The position numbers and the translations under genes were made by a program. A stretch of 20,641 bases of DNA from a virus (lineage: Duplodnaviria; Heunggongvirae; Uroviricota; Caudoviricetes). The notes under the pieces were generated by a model. It was not told where the DNA came from, made no database searches, and saw nothing but the letters and a program-made list of their open reading frames with translations. Positions 1 to 7,828 of the stretch are shown piece after piece. The stretch is taken from the IMG/VR virus record IMGVR_UViG_2537562190_000023; one strand, written 5' to 3'. How positions within the stretch are numbered: the first letter of the stretch is position 1; every line of letters starts with the position of its first letter.

Positions 1-306
1 TCCCGGTAGCTTTCCTTTGTAGGTTATCAACACATCCTGCGCCTCTAAAATTACGGGGCGATTTTCCGGCAACGGACCATCCCCTTCACATAACCCGGCA
101 GCAACATCCATGAAAAACTGCTTCGCCTGCTTTTTCGCCTCAGCTTCGTAAAACTCCAGCGTGGCACCTTCAGTACGGTCAAGACTAATCGCCACATCTG
201 GCAACAACAGTGACGGATACCCACCAATTTCCAGTGCCACAGTAACAGTAATCTTATCCGGGTAATTATTTATCCCTTTAACAACCAGTTCGTATTTTTT
301 CTTCAT
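1..306 (-). CDS. Hypothetical protein, N-terminal 102 codons only (gene runs off the window start); lies immediately downstream of the holin
   Basis: ATG at 306-304, 5 bp after the holin stop, with a GGGGAGAG-like SD upstream. Translation MKKKYELVVKGINNYPDKITVTVALEIGGYPSLLLPD is protein-like and open to coordinate 1. Not lysozyme-like; possibly a YdfR/DUF1327-type protein, which is a guess from position. Confidence 0.45.
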   Translation of the reverse strand, partial: MKKKYELVVKGINNYPDKITVTVALEIGGYPSLLLPDVAISLDRTEGATLEFYEAEAKKQAKQFFMDVAAGLCEGDGPLPENRPVILEAQDVLITYKGKLPG

Positions 307-310
307 CGCT

Positions 311-526
311 TTACTCTCCCCGCGCCGCCTTACGACGGTCCTCTCTGATTTTGAAATACAGGTTAGTCAGATATGTCAGCAGCCCAAACAGCAGACTCCC
401 CAGCACGCCTATTGCCGCCCACTGAGACGGAGAGACTTTGTCCAGCAGCTGCAGGAACCAGTAGCCCGTTCCCACCGCTGACGTGGTGTATGACACACCT
501 GTTGTGATTTTTTCCATCTGGTACAT
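311..526 (-). CDS. Phage holin, lambdoid S / EssQ-like, 71 aa
   Basis: 71 aa with two hydrophobic segments ([30 protein letters not shown]) and a charged C-terminal tail [13 protein letters not shown], the usual holin layout. Sequence matches my recollection of Stx-phage/Qin-type holins. Sits at the head of the lysis cassette, downstream of Q and nanS-p. Confidence 0.75.
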   Translation of the reverse strand: MYQMEKITTGVSYTTSAVGTGYWFLQLLDKVSPSQWAAIGVLGSLLFGLLTYLTNLYFKIREDRRKAARGE

Positions 527-601
527 ACCCCGTCTCTCGCAATCCGGAAGCTCACAACAACAGGAGGGGCATCAGCTCACACCGACAGCCCCTGCGCATG
601 G

Positions 602-871
602 TTACATCATCATTTCGCCGTCAGGCTGAGGCTCACTGCTACCGTCAGGCTGAGACACGACGCCATCTGAAACAGCACTGTCACCCGCGCCGTCTTCAGG
701 CTCAGGAGCAGCCGGTCCCCCCAGCAGCTCATCCAGAATGGCATCCACTTCAGCATCAAGACGCGCCTCAAGATTCTGGCGGAGTTGCTGTTTCAGTGCG
801 CTTCTGACTTCTTCAGAGCGCAGGACGTCCTTCACTGCTTCAGCAGTGACCAGAGATTTTATTTCTGACAT
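602..871 (-). CDS. Small acidic protein (about 89 aa) with a Pro/Asp/Gly/Ser-rich C-terminal tail; function unknown
   Basis: ATG at 871 gives MSEIKSLVTAEAVKDVLRSEEVRSALKQQLRQNLEARLDAEVDAILDELL followed by a low-complexity acidic tail. In-frame alternative starts exist at 982 (ATG) and 1027 (GTG), both of which would overlap the upstream gene. SD is weak. Confidence 0.4.
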   Translation of the reverse strand: MSEIKSLVTAEAVKDVLRSEEVRSALKQQLRQNLEARLDAEVDAILDELLGGPAAPEPEDGAGDSAVSDGVVSQPDGSSEPQPDGEMMM

Positions 872-908
872 GGGATTTTCTCGTTGAAAGGTGTTGTTAA
901 GAAAGTTG

Positions 909-1091
909 CTACGAAATGAGAGGCTCTTCGGGTTTTGTTCCGGCTGACTGGCTGGCGCTGATTTTTTCCGCCGCCGCGGCATCAATCTTTTTGCGTATAT
1001 AGTTCCGGATAACCTTATACCCGCCACTTACCAGATATAACGTGCACACCACCGTGCAGAAATACAATAAAATAAGCTGTACAAATCTCAT
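909..1091 (-). CDS. Small membrane protein (59 aa), function unknown
   Basis: ATG at 1091 preceded by a strong SD (GGGAGGG, 4 nt spacer). N-terminal hydrophobic segment FVQLILLYFCTVVCTLYLV followed by a basic, hydrophilic tail. Confidence 0.5.
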   Translation of the reverse strand: MRFVQLILLYFCTVVCTLYLVSGGYKVIRNYIRKKIDAAAAEKISASQSAGTKPEEPLIS

Positions 1092-1238
1092 TATCCCTCC
1101 CGGTTATTGATATGGTGTTGACATCGTTAATACCTGTTGGTTAAAAAAGTGTCCTGCATGTTTTGCTTTGGATATAACGACATTTGCCGCCGGTTCTGGC
1201 TCCTTGTTTTCCCTGCCCCGGCGGCCTTTTTTTCCTGC

Positions 1239-3176
1239 TTACGGGTTATTCACTTCCACTGTTATACTTTCAATCAGCACCGGATATGTCGCACCGCTAG
1301 TGATATCGGTCACGCGCAATTTGTCTGCCGTAAACGTGCCGACCGGTGACTGTGACAGCATGAACGGCGTCCCGTCCTTACCATCAATGACCGGCGTCAC
1401 CTCAATACTGTTGTTACCGGCAAAACGGAAGCCCAGCGTATGCCATTCGTTATCAAATGCGCCGAATGACCCCAGCTTCGTGTTCTGACCAGCATTTCCC
1501 TTGTGGTACATCACATTAAGGTCTGTGGCATCGCTCTGTACGTAAAACGACGCCAGCAGGTTATGACCGGCATTACCTTCCAGTGTGACGCCCTGAGGCA
1601 GTGAAGAAACCGGCCAGTACAGCGCCAGTGCGTACTGATTAGCTGTCAGTGTGCCATCAACTTTAAAACGACAACTGATAAGCCCGCCCTTCTCCAGCAG
1701 GTCTGCGCCATTACCGGCATCATGCTGCATAAACCACGAGGAACTTCCTGTCTGTTTGGTCCACCTCAGCGCCTTACCTCCTGCAGCACCTGCATCATCA
1801 ACTACCAATGCACGCCCTCCTTCAGCTCCCCATCCCTGCGGATTCAGTAAACCACCTGACTCTGTTGCACGGTAATAAAGCAGCGTTGTCACTGATTTCC
1901 CGTCCGTTGACGGTGTTGATGGTGTGTCCGGTGACGGCTTCTCATCCGGCGGCATCACAACCTGTTCCCCACCCTCCAGTTCAGCCGTCCGTCCTGCATG
2001 GAGAAGAATCGCTGAGGCAAGACGGTCAGAAATAATCCCCCTGCGTGCCCATGAGCTGAAATGGCTCGCACGGTCTGCTGACGTCCAGTTTGCCGACGTC
2101 CGGGAGGCCGCACCGTAATATCCTGATGCCGGAATATCCGGGTCTTCTTCCGGTTTGTTCGTCGGGACATTTGCTCCGTTCTCATCGGTCATGAACGGCA
2201 CAAAGTGAATATTCTTTTCCGTTTTGTTTTTGTAACTGCCGTACACCGTCTGGTAAGTGGATTCGCTCTTCTGCTTCCAGAAATAAGTTGTGTCTCCACA
2301 TATCCAGGGAACACCGTCAGCAGAACCACCAGCGCACTGTCCCACCATATCTGCAAGGTCCGTACGATATTGTTCCACTACTTCTGTAAAACGGGCTGTG
2401 TGATTTGCTGGCGTTCCGTCAAAGTCAAATTCCCCCTGCATCCACACCACGGCAAGCAGCACATTTTTCGGGTTCTTTGCCAGCGCGGCTTTTGTACGAC
2501 CGATGAGATCCTTATACAGCGGCCTGCCCACACCCCAGCGGGTAGAACTCTCTGAGGCACCGGTCACGTCACTGTATGTTCCATCTGCCCCGGTGGTGAA
2601 AGCTGAACCACCACGGCAGCACGGAACCAGAAGAATACCCGCATTCGCCGGTATAAACGGCAGCAGCTTTTTGGCAATATGCAGCCCCTGCCCCACGGTT
2701 CCGTACTGACCTTTCGACAGGTCAGCTTTCGGATGGTTAAGACGGCTCATGTCCTGTACATCATGCAGACAGTGGTCTGCCGGAATAATGTCGTTATATT
2801 TACAGGGAGCGCCATCCGGCGTCACTGTGCTGCGACGAGCCAGTTGCTTTATACGCGGGTCAGGACGGTCATATGTCTGCGGCAGAGGAAGCCCCTCACC
2901 GTAAGCCATGCCGTTCGACTGCCCGGCCAGTGGAATAACGTAGTAATAATCTGGCTCCGTGGTGACCACTCCCGGATAGCCACCATCCCCCGTGCCGGGC
3001 ACAACCACTGGCGTGGTCACATCCCCCTCCGCGGCAATCGCCTGCATCAGGGTATAAGGGGTTATGGCCACCGGACTACCAAACGGCTGCCAGCCCTCTT
3101 TCAGTTTGTGTGTCAGCTTTTCCGCAAGATCTGACGGCGACGCCGCCCTGACAACATCATAATGTTTAATCGACAT
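1239..3176 (-). CDS. nanS: Prophage sialate O-acetylesterase of the NanS-p type (DUF1737 N-terminus, SGNH/SASA esterase core, C-terminal lectin-like domain), 645 aa
   Basis: Long ORF with ATG at 3176 and SD GGGAGAAA. N-terminus MSIKHYDVVRAASPSDLAEKLTHKLKEGWQPFG is DUF1737-like. The esterase motif PLAGQSNGMAYGEG (GQSN block) is present. Size and position (downstream of Q, upstream of holin) match the NanS-p esterases of Stx and related lambdoid phages. Confidence 0.8.
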   Translation of the reverse strand: MSIKHYDVVRAASPSDLAEKLTHKLKEGWQPFGSPVAITPYTLMQAIAAEGDVTTPVVVPGTGDGGYPGVVTTEPDYYYVIPLAGQSNGMAYGEGLPLPQTYDRPDPRIKQLARRSTVTPDGAPCKYNDIIPADHCLHDVQDMSRLNHPKADLSKGQYGTVGQGLHIAKKLLPFIPANAGILLVPCCRGGSAFTTGADGTYSDVTGASESSTRWGVGRPLYKDLIGRTKAALAKNPKNVLLAVVWMQGEFDFDGTPANHTARFTEVVEQYRTDLADMVGQCAGGSADGVPWICGDTTYFWKQKSESTYQTVYGSYKNKTEKNIHFVPFMTDENGANVPTNKPEEDPDIPASGYYGAASRTSANWTSADRASHFSSWARRGIISDRLASAILLHAGRTAELEGGEQVVMPPDEKPSPDTPSTPSTDGKSVTTLLYYRATESGGLLNPQGWGAEGGRALVVDDAGAAGGKALRWTKQTGSSSWFMQHDAGNGADLLEKGGLISCRFKVDGTLTANQYALALYWPVSSLPQGVTLEGNAGHNLLASFYVQSDATDLNVMYHKGNAGQNTKLGSFGAFDNEWHTLGFRFAGNNSIEVTPVIDGKDGTPFMLSQSPVGTFTADKLRVTDITSGATYPVLIESITVEVNNP

Positions 3177-3262
3177 CGAATTTCTCCCGTGTACAGGAAC
3201 AGAGTTAAAAAGCCGGAACCGGAATCAAATCACAGGATGACCATCTGCCAGTGGCTGGTCGT

Positions 3263-3291
3263 AAAAAAAAGGCCGCGCCATGCGCAGCCGG
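3263..3291 (-). terminator. Rho-independent terminator (minus strand) about 90 bp upstream of nanS-p
   Basis: GC-rich hairpin GGCTGCGC/GCGCGGCC (8 bp with one G-U pair) at 3271-3291, followed on the minus strand by a U8 run (plus-strand A8 at 3263-3270). Confidence 0.45.
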
Positions 3292-3653
3292 AAATAAAGG
3301 GATAACGATGATAGTTTGAGAAAAACAGAAATAACACTTTTGTGGCAAAGCATGGTGCCGGGTGCCTCCCGGTGAATTCAGTACCAGCACCTGAATCCGC
3401 GATTATCCCATATACCTGGTTGCTGATTGCCCCTCCGCACAGGGGGATTCACCATGCAGTAGTATTTTTAATAAACAGTAAACAAAAAAATCAAGCATTA
3501 TGCAGGCTGTTTCTTTTTATCACCGGCCACAGCAATACCACAATGCCGCAGACCAGCCCCCATCCGCCAGCACCGACATGATTCTGCTGGTGAAATCCAC
3601 CATCACCACCAGAAACAGCAGGAGTGCAGCCACAGCCAGGCGCAGTTTTACCG

Positions 3654-4046
3654 TCACAGGTGATTCTCCAGACGAAGCCCCAGAACACCGGCAATCTCTT
3701 CCAGCACCTTGCGCTCTTCCGGCTCAATTTCGCCGTCTGCCTCCGCAATGGCCACCGCCACATCCAGCACATCTTCCGCTTCACGCGTATCGCGTTTCAC
3801 ATCCTCGATCTCACGTAACGCCGCACGACGACCAATTTTAAAGTTCGTATCCAGCTGACCGATAATGGTTGCGCTAATCGCATTAATTTCTGACGTAAAC
3901 GCGGACAGCGCTGGCTGATTACGCAGTACCTGTTCGATCTTCGCTTTCTAGGAAGCCTCACATTCACCATTTGCACAGGCCACCAGGTATGCGGCGTTAA
4001 TCACCGCCTGTGCCAGATCGCGTTTCTCAAACTTTCCTTTTTCCGG
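3654..4046 (-). pseudogene. TerB-like domain ORF with no start codon and an in-frame amber stop; probable pseudogene
   Basis: Minus-strand frame reads ...KRDLAQAVINAAYLVACANGECEAS*KAKIEQVLRNQPALSAFTSEINAISATIIGQLDTNFKIGRRAALREIEDVKRDTREAEDVLDVAVAIAEADGEIEPEERKVLEEIAGVLGLRLENHL. The TAG is at 3948-3950. No ATG/GTG/TTG lies between the upstream stop (4047-4049) and the TAG. The C-terminal DGEI...EE...L..IA..LGL pattern resembles TerB/DjlA-N-type domains (from memory). Confidence 0.4.
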
Positions 4047-4147
4047 TTAACGTGACACACCAATAACTCTTGTCGAAAAAGCCAGCAAGCTGAAAGACCG
4101 GTATTCACAACCACCAGCGCGTTTACTGTACTGGCGTGATTTCAGTC

Positions 4148-4173
4148 ATAAAAAAACCCGCCTGGCGACGGGT
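4148..4173 (-). terminator. tR'-like rho-independent terminator about 80 bp downstream of the Q-like gene
   Basis: Minus-strand RNA forms CCCGUC-GCCA-GGCGGG (6-bp stem, tetraloop) followed by U7 (plus-strand A-run 4149-4155). Confidence 0.5.
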
Positions 4174-4220
4174 GTAAAAAATCTTCTAACGTCAGGCATA
4201 AAACGCCCATCGTTAGGGCA

Positions 4221-4248
4221 AATTTACCACAGATTCGGGAAAAATCAA
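4221..4248 (-). promoter_or_regulatory. Candidate late promoter (pR'-like) immediately downstream of the Q-like gene
   Basis: Minus-strand TTGATT (-35, plus 4243-4248), 16-bp spacer, TAAATT (-10, plus 4221-4226). Together with the terminator at 4148-4173 it would give a transcript of about 65 nt, analogous to the lambda pR'/6S RNA/tR' unit. Confidence 0.35.
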
Positions 4249-4253
4249 CAAAG

Positions 4254-5075
4254 CTATCTGGTCACCTTTTTCAGTTGTTGTTCTGCCCATGCTTCTTCAA
4301 TATCAAACTGCACCACCAGCGTATCGTAAAAACGTTTAACTGTTTTTTTCCATGTATCAAGAGATATGGCATCGGTTACATTACATATGGCATTAAATGC
4401 CTCCGTTGAAGGTAATCTTTCATAGCCACGACCACCACAACGCTGGCAGTCTCTGATAACAGGCATACCACGTTTTACCGACTCTTCACGATGAATGGCA
4501 ACACCGCGCCCACGACAATCTTTACAGGCGGTGGAAACCTCCCCCTTCCCTCCACACTCCGGACAGGCAACTTTTACCACCTCCCTGACTTTTTTCCATT
4601 CCTCCCAGTAAGACGGATACACGCCTTTTGTGCACTTTGCCCACACTGGCGGCTTACCATCCGGATACTGGATCTTGTTTGTAAAAACCTCGCTTTCAAT
4701 AAATTTTTTTCCGTGACAACAGGGGCACTGTTTTTTGCTCGCCGCGCTACGGGCATAATCTTCAAACGCATACGAAGCCATAATACGCATCACTGCCGGT
4801 TTTATTTCTGCCGGGAGTTTTCTTAACGCCGCCACGCGATCACACCGACTGAGTGCATATTCTGTCAGCAATTCTGTTGCCCGCTCTCTGTCATTCATAC
4901 TAATGCCCATTTTCCCAAGGAACGCAGAAAACCCCATCTCAGCCCAATTCTGTGTCATGCCCTGCGCGGCCATCACATCAGTGATACTCAGCGTATCTTT
5001 CGACGTTGAGGCCGATGCATCAGTCAGGCCGGGGGATTTTGGGGAGTAGTATTTCGGTAAATCTTCCAGTTTCAT
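4254..5075 (-). CDS. Late-gene antitermination protein Q-like (large, zinc-finger-containing type), 273 aa
   Basis: ATG at 5075 overlaps the rusA stop (ATGA). Contains CxxC clusters (CPCCHGKK, CPECGGKG, CKDCRGRG, CQRCGGRG). Position directly after rusA and directly before a promoter/terminator pair and the lysis region matches Q of lambdoid phages (QuuQ / phage-82-like size class). The Q call rests mainly on position. Confidence 0.55.
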   Translation of the reverse strand: MKLEDLPKYYSPKSPGLTDASASTSKDTLSITDVMAAQGMTQNWAEMGFSAFLGKMGISMNDRERATELLTEYALSRCDRVAALRKLPAEIKPAVMRIMASYAFEDYARSAASKKQCPCCHGKKFIESEVFTNKIQYPDGKPPVWAKCTKGVYPSYWEEWKKVREVVKVACPECGGKGEVSTACKDCRGRGVAIHREESVKRGMPVIRDCQRCGGRGYERLPSTEAFNAICNVTDAISLDTWKKTVKRFYDTLVVQFDIEEAWAEQQLKKVTR

Positions 5076-5446
5076 TTTTTGACCTGCCCTTCAAGCATTA
5101 TGGGGTAAATCTTCACCCCCAGACGTCCACCAGATACTGGCTGAGCACGAACGATATTGATTTCATCAAACTGCTCATCGTCCATTAGCAACCCCGCATG
5201 CGTCAGCGCATCCAGCGGCGCTTTCAGAATATTGTCCAGGTCACGGCGGCGCTTATCCGGTGGCTCGGCAATAATCTTTATCGCCAGCCTTCCGGACAGG
5301 CTTAATTTCAGCCGCTGCTGGCGAACAATAAGCGCCACAGCCCGGCGATAACGCTCACCGGCTTTTGATACAAAATATGTGCTGCCACGACGTCGCCAGT
5401 AGGTGTTCACCGTCGGCAGGTAAAGCAAAACAAACTCTATACGCAT
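5072..5446 (-). CDS. rusA: Holliday-junction resolvase RusA
   Basis: 124 aa. Motifs RRRDLDN, LDALT.AG and GGRL, and overall similarity to E. coli RusA (YbcP) as recalled. Start ATG overlaps the upstream stop (TGATG). Confidence 0.8.
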   Translation of the reverse strand: MRIEFVLLYLPTVNTYWRRRGSTYFVSKAGERYRRAVALIVRQQRLKLSLSGRLAIKIIAEPPDKRRRDLDNILKAPLDALTHAGLLMDDEQFDEINIVRAQPVSGGRLGVKIYPIMLEGQVKK

Positions 5447-6507
5447 CAGTAACCTCTTTTACCCGAGCACGCCGGTTGCAAAGGCGTGATCAAGAAAACG
5501 AAAATTAAATCAACCTGGGAACCATGCTTTTCTTCGAACGCCAGCGGATCCGCATGAAGCTCGTTGTGATGCTCCCGACACAGCGGTAGCGTGAAAATAT
5601 CGTGGGATTTTGTTCCCATTCCGCCCTGACCATGACCAATCAGATGATGAGGATCGTCCGCTGGCTTACCACAACACGCACACGGCTGTGTCTTTACCCA
5701 GCGTGTGTATTTCTCATTTACCCAGCGGCGACGTTTAGGTCGTTTCATGAAGGATTCCGGAGACTCCGGATCAACGGCAATGCTGACCACCGTCTTTTCC
5801 TGTGGTGGGTTCTGTTGCTGGTGGGTGTGAGGCGGTAGCGCAATATTTTTTGTGCGCTGCTTCAGTATGCTGGTGGCGGTCTGCTCTCCCGGTACGATGT
5901 CGCTTTCGCGGTACAAGGAGCGGATTTTTTCCACACGTAACCCCAGAGAACGACGTAATACGGCCTCCGGTAGCGCGTCCGCCACCTGATTGCAGACCGC
6001 CCACCAGGATAATTCAGCCAGAGATAATTCACGCTCCTGCGTACCGCTTATTGCGTGACCGATGACGTCAATCATCCATGCTGACAGGTTTTGATGAGCA
6101 AGTTGCTCGAGTGATTCGGATGTCTGGTCCCGTAGCTGGTTGTCGCAGTGCCAGCACAACACCATTGCGCCGGTACCATAACGGTGAATGACAGTTTCGC
6201 TGTGGTGATAATCGCCGTGTGGCCACTGGCAGGATTTAATATGGCGCAACAGCCAGTCAGACAATGCACCAGCACCACCAGCAGCACGAATCACTCGTTC
6301 GTCGCTGAAAAATGGCAGCAATGTTTTGTCTTCCACCAGCGGCTGGCGAACGGCAGGAACGACCCCGGACGGCAGATTACGCATGCTTTTCGGTTCCGGC
6401 TCCACCAGTACCCGGGTATTGTGAAATACCTGCATGGATTCACGACCTGGCTTAAGGACCACCAGCCCGAGTTCCGGTACCAGAACAGGTCGAAGTAATA
6501 CCCGCAC
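5446..6507 (-). CDS. DUF968-type prophage protein (YdfU-like) with a C-terminal HNH-like Cys/His motif
   Basis: 353 aa. C-terminal region KRPKRRRWVNEKYTRWVKTQPCACCGKPADDPHHLIGHGQGGMGTKSHDIFTLPLCREHHNELH matches the DUF968/HNH-like pattern. Start lies 1 bp after the upstream stop. Confidence 0.6.
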   Translation of the reverse strand: MRVLLRPVLVPELGLVVLKPGRESMQVFHNTRVLVEPEPKSMRNLPSGVVPAVRQPLVEDKTLLPFFSDERVIRAAGGAGALSDWLLRHIKSCQWPHGDYHHSETVIHRYGTGAMVLCWHCDNQLRDQTSESLEQLAHQNLSAWMIDVIGHAISGTQERELSLAELSWWAVCNQVADALPEAVLRRSLGLRVEKIRSLYRESDIVPGEQTATSILKQRTKNIALPPHTHQQQNPPQEKTVVSIAVDPESPESFMKRPKRRRWVNEKYTRWVKTQPCACCGKPADDPHHLIGHGQGGMGTKSHDIFTLPLCREHHNELHADPLAFEEKHGSQVDLIFVFLITPLQPACSGKRGY

Positions 6508-6508
6508 G

Positions 6509-6787
6509 TTACCTCCAGATCCGTTGCTGGAATGTGCGGGACGGACGCGGTGGGCGTTCGGAGTAAGGAAGCCTGACGGAGATTATCCAGTGACGATAAT
6601 CGAGGCTGAGGGCTTTCCTAAACTCATACCCACGTCTGCGGTAGTTCTGAATCAGCCATTCGGCCTGTTCTTCAGTGCATGGGTCGTGCCGGAACCAGTC
6701 AGATTTGAATGCATGAGAACGCCGCCCGTGCCTGCTGGCAAAGACGGCTGAATTATCAGAATTGTGTAGTCTGGAATTTTGCGCCAT
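6509..6787 (-). CDS. Hypothetical protein, 92 aa
   Basis: ATG at 6787 with SD GGAGAAAG. It is the first gene of a tightly coupled run (this ORF, DUF968, rusA, Q). Confidence 0.45.
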   Translation of the reverse strand: MAQNSRLHNSDNSAVFASRHGRRSHAFKSDWFRHDPCTEEQAEWLIQNYRRRGYEFRKALSLDYRHWIISVRLPYSERPPRPSRTFQQRIWR

Positions 6788-6853
6788 CGGCTTTCTCCGG
6801 TGGCACAGTGTTACTCAACAGGGGTTCAGCCCTGCGCTGAATTGTAGATGAAT

Positions 6854-7114
6854 TCACTCATCTTCAAAAGCAGAAAAACCAGCCTTAATCCCAGCGTCTT
6901 TCAGAGACGGCAACGATGTGACAAATTCATTTGCACGCAAAATAAAACCATCCGTCACAAGCCCATCCACAAAATGAATTAACGCAGCTCCACTCTTCCT
7001 TTGTTGAGACTGTAAACATTTAATACGGCAGTGGCTGACAATAGCGCCATTCTCAACGCGCACAGTATAGAGGCCATCTTCACTAAAAATTTCACGTAAT
7101 TCTTCGATTTTCAT
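6854..7114 (-). CDS. Hypothetical protein, 86 aa (position matches rem of Qin-type prophages)
   Basis: ATG at 7114 (MKIEELREIF...) with SD GGAAGGA. Lies between the hok locus and the DUF968 gene, as in the hokD-rem-ydfU order of Qin as I recall it. Confidence 0.5.
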   Translation of the reverse strand: MKIEELREIFSEDGLYTVRVENGAIVSHCRIKCLQSQQRKSGAALIHFVDGLVTDGFILRANEFVTSLPSLKDAGIKAGFSAFEDE

Positions 7115-7230
7115 CAACAGAATCCTTCCAGATAAATAGCACTCCCCTGTTCGGGGTCCATCCCTCTTCTCCCTGCGCGCTACTTAAGTATTTTTGATTC
7201 TATTCCGGCGCCGTCCGGAACTTCAAACGC

Positions 7231-7266
7231 GTTGAAAATAAAAACAAAAACCCGCCGAAGCGGGTT
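7231..7266 (-). terminator. Rho-independent terminator at the 3' end of the hok mRNA
   Basis: Minus-strand hairpin AACCCGC-UUCG-GCGGGUU (7-bp stem, plus 7249-7266) followed by UUUUUGUUUUUAUUUU (plus-strand A-run 7231-7248). Confidence 0.55.
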
Positions 7267-7334
7267 AAGTGCGGGTGCGTTGAGGATGCCTGACACATCA
7301 GAGGTGGCGAGGGATTTCTCCCCCGCCTGGTCTC

Positions 7335-7490
7335 TTACTCCTCAGGTTCGTAAGCTGTGAAGACAGCGACCTCCGTCTGGCCGGTTCGGATTCGTACCTC
7401 GCAGAGGTCTTTCCTCGTTACCAGTGCCGTCACTATGACGGTTAAACAGATGACGATCAGGGCGATTAACATCGCCTTTTGCTGCTTCAT
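7335..7490 (-). CDS. hok: Hok/Gef-family type I toxin, 51 aa; an in-frame upstream extension to 7547 forms a mok-like leader ORF
   Basis: MKQQKAMLIALIVICLTVIVTALVTRKDLCEVRIRTGQTEVAVFTAYEPEE is a canonical Hok/RelF-type sequence (single TM helix, conserved Cys, acidic C-terminus). The 70-codon ORF 7335-7547 starts at ATG 7547. Confidence 0.85.
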   Translation of the reverse strand: MKQQKAMLIALIVICLTVIVTALVTRKDLCEVRIRTGQTEVAVFTAYEPEE

Positions 7491-7534
7491 AGCCTGCTTC
7501 TCCTTGACCTTTCGGTCCGTAAGAGGCAATCTAT

Positions 7535-7590
7535 ATGTGACGAGCATATAGGGGCCTCACTTCGATTTATAGTCGGGTGGGGCTTTTATC
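7535..7590 (+). ncRNA. Predicted Sok-like antisense RNA overlapping the mok translation-initiation region
   Basis: Plus-strand TTGACC at 7504-7509 could serve as a -35. A possible terminator hairpin (CCUCAC/GUGGGG with one G-U pair, 7556-7582) is followed by CUUUUAUC. The region is antisense to the mok start at 7547. Boundaries are approximate. Confidence 0.3.
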
Positions 7591-7792
7591 TATCTGCCGT
7601 TGGTGTTCATGCCCGAGGCAGATAGCCTCAAGCACCCGCAGCAATTCTACTTAACTCTGCCGTTACAGCAAGCCGTTTTCGTCCGATATGGGAATTCCCA
7701 TATCGGAATGAATTCAGTTCACCTGGCGAGGCTTAGCGTACAATTTTTTCCGTTTTGTGAGCTGCCCCTACATGCCGCTGGCGCGGCATCCG

Positions 7793-7822
7793 GAAAAAGA
7801 ATCCACGTCCTGAAGGACGTGG
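7793..7822 (-). terminator. Rho-independent terminator directly after the binding-protein gene
   Basis: Perfect hairpin CCACGTCC-TGAA-GGACGTGG (7803-7822), 6 nt after the stop codon, followed on the minus strand by AUUCUUUUUCC. Confidence 0.5.
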
Positions 7823-7828
7823 AGGATG

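Noticed and set aside
1651-3134. Several plus-strand ORFs (74-151 aa) inside the nanS-p region
   Set aside because: All lie antisense to, and fully within, a long well-supported esterase ORF. They are Arg/Pro/His-rich, as expected for antisense frames of a coding sequence.
3491-3841. ORFs of 97, 113 and 64 aa overlapping the TerB-like region in other frames or on the other strand
   Set aside because: Trp/Arg/His-rich and without start context. The only protein-like reading of this interval is the minus-strand TerB-like frame.
3177-4253. Search for tRNA genes and stx genes between the Q-like gene and nanS-p
   Set aside because: No T-arm-like GGTTCGAATCC-type element or cloverleaf-compatible segment was found by eye, and no ORF resembles the Stx A or B subunit. 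A tRNA scan would be needed to be certain.
4491-4826. 111-aa plus-strand ORF inside the Q-like gene
   Set aside because: Antisense to the Q-like coding sequence, with no start context.
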